Source of the DNA: Candidatus Krumholzibacteriia bacterium
GTDB lineage: Bacteria; Krumholzibacteriota; Krumholzibacteriia; WVZY01
NCBI GenBank assembly: GCA_046754105.1
Contig: JBHHVD010000045.1
Coordinates: 1-24,516 of the forward strand
DNA: 24,516 bases
Direction of reading: 5' to 3'
Under the pieces are notes generated by a model. The model ran no database searches. It saw only the letters and a program-made list of their open reading frames with translations, and had not been told where the DNA came from. Positions 1 to 9,000 of the stretch are shown here, in pieces (the first letter of the stretch is position 1; each line of letters starts with the position of its first letter). A program made the translations under genes and the position numbers.

Positions 1-84
1 CAACCGCGGGCGCTTCTTCGACCGCCTCGGCCTCGTCAGCGGCAACCGCGGGCGCTTCTTCGACCGCCTCGGCCTCGTCAGCGG
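1..84. repeat. Perfect 42-bp tandem repeat (at least 2 copies) in the nusA 3' end
   Basis: caaccgcgggcgcttcttcgaccgcctcggcctcgtcagcgg occurs at 1-42 and 43-84. It encodes AADEAEAVEEAPAV twice in the nusA frame and may continue beyond the window. Confidence 0.95.
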
Positions 85-1495
85 CGGCCGGCTCCTCGGC
101 TTTCGACGTACCGAACAGGCTTTCTTCGGTATGTTTTTTCGTCTCCGCAGCCTCTTCCTCGCCGACCGTTTCGTCGAAAAGTGGTTTCTCTTCTTCCTTG
201 GCCCGCTTGCGCTCCTCGTTTTCCTTTTCGATCAGTTCTTCGAGCGCTTTTTCCAACTCCTCGATCGTCCCCTGCGCCGTTTCTCTCAGCTTCGCCACCG
301 TCTTGAGTCCAAAACCGGGTATCGACAACAGTTCCTCTTCCGTCGCCCGTGCGAACTTCTGTACGGTCGTGATGCCCGCGGACTTGAGCTTTTCCGCCAT
401 CTTCGCCGAGACACCGACCATCTCCTCGATCGCCATGGTGAGATGTTCCTGCAGGCGCTCCTGCTGTTCGAGCTCCCTGGACGTGATCAAGTCGATCTGC
501 CAGCCGCTCAACTTTGAGGCCAACCGCACGTTCTGCCCGTCCTTGCCAATCGCCAGAGACAGTTGATCCTCTTCGACGACCACCAACACTCCCTTGGCAT
601 CCGAGTCGACGCGCACCGACGCGATTCTCGCGGGCGCCAGCGCCCGGCTGACGAACGCAGACACGTCGTCGCTCCATGGCACGATATCGATCCGTTCTCC
701 GCTGAGTTCGTTGACGACTGCCTGGACGCGCGATCCTTTCATGCCAACGCATGCCCCGACCGCGTCCACGCGGTCATCCCTCGAGTACACGGCGACCTTC
801 GAACGTCCACCGGCTTCGCGCGCAACGCTCTTGATGTCGATGATACCTTCGTAAATCTCCGGTACCTCCTGCGCAAAGAGCTTCTTCAAGAACTCCGGGC
901 TGGTTCGCGACAATACGACCATCGGGCCCTTGGCCTCCTGATCCACCTTCAGGATACAGGCTCTGAGCGAGGCACCTTGATTGTAGCGTTCGCGGCGGAT
1001 CTGTTCCTTCTTGGGCATGGTCGCCTCGGCATTACCCAGGTTGACCAGGATGCCGTTGCGGTCGATCTGTTGCACGGAGCCCGACACGACTTCCCCGACC
1101 CGGTCCTTGTATTCCTCGAAGGTACGCTCGCGTTCGAACTCGCGGATTTTCTGCATCAGGATCTGCTTCGCGATCTGAATCGCGTTGCGCCCGAACTCCG
1201 CGAATTCGACGTAGATCTTGACCTCCTCGCCGACCTTGGCCCCTTCGATGTACTCGCGAGCCTCGTCGACCGAGATCTCCGCCGCCTCGTCCTCGACCTC
1301 CTTGGTCACGACCTTGAGCAGGTAGAGCTCGATGCCCCCCTTTTCGTCTTCGGCGATCTCGACTTCCGCGGTGGGCCCGAATTTCTTCTTTGCCGCGGAG
1401 CTGAAACCCGCCGTCAGGGTCTCCATGAGCAACTCTTTGTCTATCCGCTTTTCGCGGATAAGATCACTAAATGCTTGTGCGAACTGTATCTGCAT
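1..1495 (-). CDS. nusA: Transcription termination/antitermination factor NusA (3' end runs off the left edge of the window)
   Basis: Absent from the ORF track because it has no stop codon in the window. Manual translation from ATG at 1495: MQIQFAQAFSDLIREKRIDKE...FGRNAIQIAKQ...LSRTSPEFLKKLFAQEVPEIYEG...AREAGGRSKVAV...DAVGACVGMKGSRVQAVVNELSGERIDIVPWS...QLSLAIGKDGQNVRLASKLSGWQIDL. These are the NusA NTD, S1, KH1 and KH2 signatures, followed by a helix-hairpin-helix segment (EEELLSIPGFGLKT) and an acidic tail. It lies directly downstream of rimP. Confidence 0.97.
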   Translation of the reverse strand, partial: MQIQFAQAFSDLIREKRIDKELLMETLTAGFSSAAKKKFGPTAEVEIAEDEKGGIELYLLKVVTKEVEDEAAEISVDEAREYIEGAKVGEEVKIYVEFAEFGRNAIQIAKQILMQKIREFERERTFEEYKDRVGEVVSGSVQQIDRNGILVNLGNAEATMPKKEQIRRERYNQGASLRACILKVDQEAKGPMVVLSRTSPEFLKKLFAQEVPEIYEGIIDIKSVAREAGGRSKVAVYSRDDRVDAVGACVGMKGSRVQAVVNELSGERIDIVPWSDDVSAFVSRALAPARIASVRVDSDAKGVLVVVEEDQLSLAIGKDGQNVRLASKLSGWQIDLITSRELEQQERLQEHLTMAIEEMVGVSAKMAEKLKSAGITTVQKFARATEEELLSIPGFGLKTVAKLRETAQGTIEELEKALEELIEKENEERKRAKEEEKPLFDETVGEEEAAETKKHTEESLFGTSKAEEPAAADEAEAVEEAPAVAADEAEAVEEAPAV

Positions 1496-1507
1496 CCGGG
1501 TTCATCC

Positions 1508-1996
1508 TCAGTGCTTCTTGGAACGCTTGCGTTTTTTGTCGATTTTATATTCGCGAGCGGTGAGATTCGCGCTCACGATGTCGGCTAGTCTAATAAGTTG
1601 TTGCCCCTCAGAGGTATCCAGAACCAACATTCCATTTATACAGGATCGAATCTGACCTGTATACGTCTTTTTCCCCACCTCCGGGTTTGCGCACTGCGCA
1701 CGGATCTGCGATCCGACGAACCGCACAAAATGATCCTCCCGGGTTAGCGGACGACTGATCCCCGGCGACGATACCTCGAGCAGGTAACGCCCGGGGAACG
1801 GATCGACCCGGTCCAGTAGCGCCCCCAACGTTCGGCTCGCCTGGGCGCAGTCCCCGACACTCACCCCACCCTCCTTGTCGATGTAGAGGCGGATGGTTGG
1901 GCTCTGCCGCGCGCCGACGATCTCGAGCTTGACGCACTCGAGTCCGAGAAGGTCCAGCTCCGCTGCGACCAGGCTTTCCAACTCATTACTTTCCAT
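1508..1996 (-). CDS. rimP: Ribosome maturation factor RimP
   Basis: 162 aa with IRLYIDKEGGVSVGDC, YLLEVSSPGISRPL and HFVRFVG motifs; immediately upstream of nusA, the canonical order. Confidence 0.96.
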   Translation of the reverse strand: MESNELESLVAAELDLLGLECVKLEIVGARQSPTIRLYIDKEGGVSVGDCAQASRTLGALLDRVDPFPGRYLLEVSSPGISRPLTREDHFVRFVGSQIRAQCANPEVGKKTYTGQIRSCINGMLVLDTSEGQQLIRLADIVSANLTAREYKIDKKRKRSKKH

Positions 1997-2049
1997 AGGG
2001 ATGCGCCAGGCTTGAACCGGGGTGGTCTCCCCCCCACGCTGCGTATATC

Positions 2050-2076
2050 AAAAAAGTGGCCACCCGCGCCCAATTC
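2050..2076 (-). promoter_or_regulatory. Degenerate rimP-leader-like hairpin with U-tract (possible attenuator)
   Basis: Minus strand reads GAATTGGGCGCGGGTGGCCACTTTTTT, an imperfect short stem plus six T, about 55 nt upstream of the rimP start. Position and TGGGC...CCACTTTTT form resemble the known rimP leader. Confidence 0.45.
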
Positions 2077-2090
2077 GTACACCCCCCAAA

Positions 2091-2119
2091 CTAATAACAC
2101 AATCGGCCGGGTGGTGCAA
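2091..2119 (-). promoter_or_regulatory. Putative sigma70-type promoter of rimP-nusA
   Basis: Minus strand TTGCAC (2119-2114), 17-nt spacer, TATTAG (2096-2091) preceded by TGT (extended -10-like), just upstream of the leader hairpin. Confidence 0.4.
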
Positions 2120-2165
2120 GTCAAATCACGCCGCGGCGGGCCGGGCCCGACTCCGCCCGGCTGGC

Positions 2166-3035
2166 TCAATCGCCCGCATAGTTGTAAAGGAGATCGACGA
2201 GAAGGACCCCCACCTGGCGCAGGGTCTCCCGGGAGCACTTGTCCGGCGTGTCACGGAGCGTATGCCAGTGGGCGTACGGCAGGCCGATGAGGTCTACGGT
2301 GGGGATTCCCGCCTGCAGCAACGGCACGTGGTCGTCAAAAACGCTCTGCCCGCGCCGGGCGACGAAGACATCCAGCCCGAGTGCCGCCGCCCGCTCGAAC
2401 AGGCGGGTGGTAAGCGCCGGCGCGTAATCGAGCGAATTTCCTTCCTGCAAGATCGTGGCCCCCCGGGCGCCGACCATATCCAGCAGTACGCCCGCCTGCG
2501 GCCGGTAGGCGCCGAGATGTGCCGCGAAATACTTGGAACCCAGCAGGTAGTGGCCCAGATCGCCCTCCTTGCCGTAATCCTCTCCGTCGAAGAAAACCAG
2601 ATCCACACCCACATCGCCGGGCGGGCCCGCGCCGAGAATATCACCGACCTCGAGCAGGACGGCGACGCCGCTGGCGGCGTCGTTCGCCCCGAGGATGGGG
2701 CGCGTCTTGAGGCTGTCAACCGTCTCTTGATCCGCCCACGGCCTCGTGTCGTAGTGCGCCGCCAGCAGCACCCGTTTCCGCGTGTCCGGTGAATAGCTGC
2801 CAATGATATTGGTCAGCTTGAGCTTGCCGTCCCGGTAGGGATCCGTGATTTCGAACCGCTGCAGGGACACGCGGGCTCCGCTCGCGCGCAGATGGTTGAC
2901 GATGTACACGACCGTGCTGTCGTGCGCCGGCGTTCCCGGCACCCTCGGGCCGACCGCGCACTGTGCGTTCAAGTAGCGCCACGCCGCCTCGCCGGTGAAC
3001 TCGACCGGTTGCGATTGTGCGCACGCGCACGGCAA
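2166..3035 (-). CDS. M28-family zinc metallopeptidase, glutaminyl-peptide cyclotransferase-like; probably an exported lipoprotein; true start probably upstream (about 3080)
   Basis: Motifs GPRVPGT, LAAHYDTRP, GANDAASGVAVLLE, FFDGED, LLDMVG, DDHVP and HWHTLRDT. The frame stays open upstream of 3035 and encodes a signal-peptide-like stretch IKLAPRILRLLAAVVLPCAC. Confidence 0.85.
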   Translation of the reverse strand: MPCACAQSQPVEFTGEAAWRYLNAQCAVGPRVPGTPAHDSTVVYIVNHLRASGARVSLQRFEITDPYRDGKLKLTNIIGSYSPDTRKRVLLAAHYDTRPWADQETVDSLKTRPILGANDAASGVAVLLEVGDILGAGPPGDVGVDLVFFDGEDYGKEGDLGHYLLGSKYFAAHLGAYRPQAGVLLDMVGARGATILQEGNSLDYAPALTTRLFERAAALGLDVFVARRGQSVFDDHVPLLQAGIPTVDLIGLPYAHWHTLRDTPDKCSRETLRQVGVLLVDLLYNYAGD

Positions 3036-3097
3036 TACGACAGCGGCTAACAGGCGTAATATGCGCGGGGCCAGCTTGATCTCGGAGGACTCCCGAA

Positions 3098-6000
3098 TCA
3101 GAAGGTAAATATGGCCGTCAGACCCACCCGTATGATCGTCGTGGTCTGGTTCGTCGCTTCGCTGAACGACCGGGAAAAATCGATGAACAACGACCCGTTC
3201 AGCGCCCTCGAGAAACTATACGTCGCGCGCGGCGATAAGCGAAGCGAGTTCGTGCCCGGCAGCGGTTCGAAGAACGCGGACCCCGGCACCGTGCGCTTGC
3301 CAGCACTGGTGTTGTACGCGATATTCAACGTGGTGTCCAGCTTGCCCTTGAGTTTCTTGTTCCTCAGGAATGGCAACGGCACCTTGAGCGCCTTCCCCGC
3401 TTCGAACGAATACTTGAGGTCCAGCGACACGCTTTTCGCAGAGGTTTCGTTGATCGCCCCCCGGGTGTCCGAAGTGTTCGTCGTAAACGACGTGTTCACC
3501 GACGTCGTCACCCTGTTCTTCCACGCGAAAACGATCGAGGGTGTGATTTGCCGGGTCTTGTTCGCACTGAGGAGCTCGTCGCCGCGGCCCGATTCGCGCA
3601 GGGTGCTGCGAAACCCGAAGGTGGCGCTCGCCGAATTGAACAACCCCCGAAACGGGCCTGCGTTTTCCAGTCCCTTCCAGCTCACGTTGATATCCGGCCA
3701 GGTTCGGTTCGTGGTACGCGAGTCGTTGGCCCGGAAGAGCGACTTGCTGGTAGAATTTGAGAAACGGGCCGCGACGTCGATGTTTCGCGTGATCTGCGTG
3801 CCGGAGTCCAGTGCGATGGACAGGCTCTTGCTCACGCGTTCCGGCTCAACCGGAGTCCCGTCGCGCCGCACCACGTCGGCGGCATCGGTCAGGCCTACCT
3901 GGTAGGCGAAAGAGGGGCGGTCGGGAATGCGCGAGTAGTCGCTCTGTATTCGTTGACGGATCGACACGTTGACCTTGCGGATGTTGCCGAGGATGCCGCC
4001 GACCTTCTTGAGCGCGATGAGCCGGTCCGGTTCCTTGGGTGTTTGAGTGGTGTCGCTTTCCGCGCTCCCCGCGCCGCCACCACCAGCGGGCGCGAGCGGC
4101 GCCTTTTCCTCTTCCTCCAGCAGGTTCAGGCGGCCCAACAACCGTTTGAAATACCGGCCGAGTTGAAAACTCATTTTCACGCCCAGGTTGCGGTTGTTCG
4201 TGACGTTTCGGACGCCTCTCGAATCCCCCGGTCTTCGAACGTTCGGACTCGCGTCTTCGCGGTAACCGGCCGTGTAGCTGATATCCGGTTGCAGAGCACC
4301 GATGATCCACACGCGGGGCGGTTTGTAATTCGCCTGCAGCGTCTGGTCGCGTCTTACCTCCAAACCGACCTCCAGCCCGAGGAACTTGTGGGGCAGCGTA
4401 ACGTCACGCTGCTGGTTCATGCGAAAGTTCGTGGTCAGCGAGGGAAAAGGGATGTACGTCGCCGAGCCGCTATTGGTGAGCCCGGCGTTGAACGTCTCCG
4501 GATCGGCGACGAACTTGCCACCCACGTTGCGGAAGCGCTGCCCGGTCCTGCGGCTGGCGTTCATGCGGAAATTGAGCGACGTCAGCCAGTACCGGAAATA
4601 CGTGTTCTTGAAGAGTTTCAACCGCGTTCTTCTCTGCGACCAGTTGATCTGGTACACCAGCGTGCCGGCCATGGTCAGCGAGGTGTCGGCGGACGAGGGA
4701 GACCGTGCCCGTGACTGGCTCAGCGAGTAGTTTATCCTCAACTTGTCGAACGTGTAGCGGAGAAACGGATTCTTCGACGCCGAGCGCGTGAGCGACGTAC
4801 TGAACCCACGCGTGGTGCTTTCCGTCTTGAGGCTGTCCTGCAGCGCAGCGTCCCTGATCTCCGTATCGCTGTTGGGACTGAACTTGGGCAAAGAAGTGTT
4901 GCGGTTGAAGTTTCCCGACACGGGTATGTTGAACCCGAAGAGCGGAATGAAGTGCTGGAGGCTGGTCTTTACGTTCAAAGTCAGGGCGCGATTATCCCTG
5001 CCGCTGCCCCGTTTTTGCCGGAGGCTTCGAAAATCGGCACCGGTTCGCCGCCAGCTCGCGTTGACACTGACCACGTTCCCCATGTTGATCGACGCTGTGG
5101 CCCGCTGCGCAAAATCGATGTCGCGCTTGCGATTGCCCAGAAAAATATCGTTCACCCACACCTCGCCACTCACCTCGACGCCGCTGCGGTTGCGCACACC
5201 CGCGTAGAGAAAGCGAACCGAGAACAGGTTGGGCTGGCCGACCATACGGACGTCGTAGGTCCGCGCGGGATCGGCCATGTCCTGGATGCGCCCGGTGACG
5301 AGGGAGTCACCCGGCTGAATCTTGAACTTCAAGTCGGTGATGTCGGTCAGGCTGACCAGCACGCGGGTCCACCCGTTCGCGGGAAAAAACTGCTGGGTCA
5401 TCGGCAGCGTGATTTCGTAGAAATTCAGGCTGTCGAAGGCCACCTGAAAGTAATACTCGAGCGCGCCGTTGAACTGCTCGGTATGCGTGAAGAAATTCAG
5501 GTCGCGGTAGACGGTCCAGTCGTCCCCGTTGCCTGGAAACCGCTTGCGGATGCGAAAAGACCGGTCGGCCTGCAGGTTGGTGTAGGTGACGAGCAGCGAC
5601 TGTTCCTTTTCGAAGATATCGTTTTGTTCGGCCGGCCCGATCGGCGGGATGTAGCGTGTGGGATCCGTTTTGTTGCTGATCACACCGAGGGTGACGTTCG
5701 TGCCCAGCGTGTCGGCGCCGGTGAGCAGGCTGTCGGTCAGCGTGCGAATCCCGTCTTTCTCCCAGCGGTTGCCCACCACCTTGAACCCGACGATCTGCAG
5801 TCTGCGCTCCGCCGGATTGATGACGTCACCGATGCGATCGAACCAGACCCTGAGGTGCGTGATCTGCGCCAGCGCCGGCGTGCCGGACTGGTTCACGGGC
5901 ACCGCATCGGAGAGGTCGATCCGGTAGAGCCGCCAGGAGTCGTTCTCGTGCAGGGCCTCGTTGAAACGATTGCTGTTGGGAAACTCCTTGCGGATGTCGG

Positions 6001-9000
6001 TGATGGGCTCGGAGGCGAGATCCAGGGTAAAGGAAAAATAGGAGTTGGCCCGGTCCAGCTGGCCCGAACCGTCCAGGTCCTCCGTGTCGAGCAGCAGGTT
6101 GCCTTCCGTACCGTTGATCTTGGTGAAGCGGCCGTCGATACGCGATGGAACGTAGTCGTCGTCCGGATCGTCACCCGGCTCGCCGTCGGGAACCCCGTCC
6201 AGGCCCGTATCCTCGGTCAGCGCGGTAAAACCGTCGCGGTTGGAATCCTCGTTGTTGAATTCGTTGAGCCTCGGCTCGAAGAAGTTTTCGTCGATCAGCC
6301 CCATGTCGAAATGGATCGCGCCGCCCCGTGTCAGGGTATCGGGTTTGAAATCGTTGATCCACACCTCCAGGAATTGTCCCTGCGTCAGGTCGAGCCCACC
6401 CCCGCGAAATCCGCTCATGATACCCGCCCACCGCGCCGGGTCCACGGTGACGCTGTCGAACTCTATGTCGAGCGATGGGATCAGCGTGCTCTCCCGCTCG
6501 TCGAGGTCGGGGTTGAGGTCGCGGCGGGTCACGCCAAAATCGGGTTCGATGTTGTACCACAACACCGATTCGTTACTGTCCGGGTCGAGCGCCGTGAATC
6601 CCGTCCCGCTCGTCGTATCCACGCGCACCGGCGGGCTGGCCGGGTTCCACGACCGGCGCGAGAGCGAGAACTCGTCGGAGTCCTCCACCCCCTCGAAGTC
6701 GTCGATATACGCCTCGCCGCGTGTGTTGGGGTCCGGGAAACTGACGGCAACCTCTCCGGCGAGACTTACGTTGCTGCGCGCCTCGGTGTTCACGAGCGGC
6801 AGTTTGTTGACGAGGCCGGTGAGAAACGACGGGTGATAGGAAACGTTGCCGTTCAGGTCGCCGACGACGGCGCGGGACGGTTCCTCGCCCAGCCGCGGCC
6901 GCGTAGCGGAGCTCGACTTCGATTCGAACAACCACGTCGTGCCGAACTGCGTGGCCTGGGACAGCGTCAGCAGCGAATTGAATCCGACCAGGGTGCTCGA
7001 GGCGCCGCCGATGAACGGTTTGAACTCGTAATCGATGGTAATGTTCGAGCTGGGTGTCAGCTCGTCGACGACCGCACCCTGCAGCTCCACTTCGCCCGTT
7101 TCGTAGTTGATCGTGTAGTCACGCCCGCGGGTGAGGTTGCGGCCATCGAGCCGGACGACCTCGCTGTTTTCAGAAATGTTGAACGCGTCGATGTTGAACG
7201 TCCGCGACGTGCTGGCCGCCCGCACCACGATGCGGAAGCGGTGAAAGTCTTCCGGCCGCGACAGAAAGTCCGTGTAGATTTCGGATCTTCGGATGTCCTG
7301 GTAGCGTGGCGTGTTGAAGTCGAACTTGCCGCCCGTCCACACCGCGACCGAATCGTCCGGCGGGCTGAAAGGGGTCAGAATGGGAAAAGTCAGGATACCC
7401 CGATCGAGATCGATCAGACCCGACGACAGGTCGATGCGGCTGTCCGGCGGCCCGACGCCCGAGACATCGGTACGGTCGAGACCGAATATCCGGATCCACG
7501 GAACGTCCGAACCCGCGGGGATCGACAGGTCGAGCCGGTTGTCGTTGTCCTCGATCTCGAGGTCCAGCGTCGCGCGGTCGATTTTCGTCAGGCCCAGGTT
7601 GTAGATGTTCCGCATCATGTACTGCCACGTGTACCCGAACTGGTTGGTGGGCCGGGGGTCCCGCGGTTTGATCAGCTCCAGGTCCAGGGTGTCGGCAAAA
7701 ACGCCGAAGTTGCCGATAACGTCTCCCCGCAGGTTGGCGTAACGCACGGCCAGCACCTTGGTGCTGGGTACCGGCCGCAGCATTTCCAGCCCGATGATCG
7801 ACTCGTCCACCGCGTTCAACACGAAGCGGTAGTCATCGCCGACAGTCAACAGCTTGAAGTTGCGGTCCTCGAAAGGCGGGGGCGTGCGACGGGCTGCGAT
7901 GTCCGCGCGTGCCGCCCGAATCTCGCTCCCGTCGCCAAAACGATCCACCCACGCCTTGCCGGGAAACGTCACCAGGTCGGGGTTCGTCTGGCGCTCGATG
8001 TCGGACACCGACTCGAAGACCTCGATCGAATCCTCCACGACACCGAAAAAGAAGTTGTTGATCGAGTCGGGCGGCGCATCCAGAAAAAAGTACGTATCCC
8101 GCACGAAATCGATGTCGCGGACGATGCGCCGCTCCGTCTGCCCGATCGTGCCGCCACGCGAGCTGAAGCTCGCCCGCGAGGTCTCCCCCTCCTCCTTGCT
8201 GGCGATCATCGTGATATCCATGGGACCGACCTGCGCCAGCGCCTTGATACCGAACAGTCCCTGCGACGACCCGGAAAAGCTCACGAGCTGGGAACCGGGC
8301 AGTGTGAGACTCGTGTTTCCCAACTCGACCCGTTGGACGATATCGTCTTCGAACCCCACGTAATTGAGACGGATCTGGTTCTGCGAGGCGGAGAGCGCGG
8401 CGCTCGAGTGATCCACCTGCACGTTGAGCTTCTCGCCGATCTGTCCTTGCAGGCGCACGTCCAGCTCCTGCCTCATGTCGAGCGACGGGAAGAGAGATTG
8501 TTTCTGCTGGCCCTCGACACCGATGAACGGACTGACCCGCCTCGACTCCCCCGAGATCGTGATGCTCTCGCGACCCGATATGTTGATGTTGGTTTCCTCG
8601 CCTCGCCCGATGATGCTCTCCACGACCCCGGGCAGCGGCAGAGGCAGGGGCACGTTTATGCCGCCGCCCCGTCTTTCCCCATCTGCGCGCCGCGTGTTGA
8701 TCGACGTGACAACCGTCTCACGCCATACGCGCGCAAACGACCGCCGTCTCTGCTCCTCCGCGATGTCATCGACGAAGGCGAGCTCGAGGGAAAGACCCGG
8801 GGCCGCCAGGTCACGCGGCGCCAGGTAGACAAAGGCGCCCTCACGCGCCTCGTCGAACTCGAAGCGACTGGTGATCGGATGCCGGCCGGTCATTCGCAGC
8901 GACAGGCCCGGGAAGTATTCCTCGACGACCCGCTCGCGGTCGAAGTCTGTGGGCAGAAAGTTGGGAACGAGACGGTAGTCGCCCAGTCTCAGGCGGTCCA

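Noticed and set aside
1..84. 42-bp direct repeat as a possible CRISPR array
   Set aside because: The copies are adjacent with no spacer, are in frame within nusA, and there are no cas genes.
563..1588. 341-aa plus-strand ORF, and the ORFs at 78-752 and 131-517
   Set aside because: These are shadow or alternative frames of nusA, which the ORF track missed because it runs off the window.
2140..2161. GC hairpin GCCGGGC-N8-GCCCGGC just after the M28 stop
   Set aside because: There is no following U-tract, so it cannot be called an intrinsic terminator; such stems are common at this GC content.
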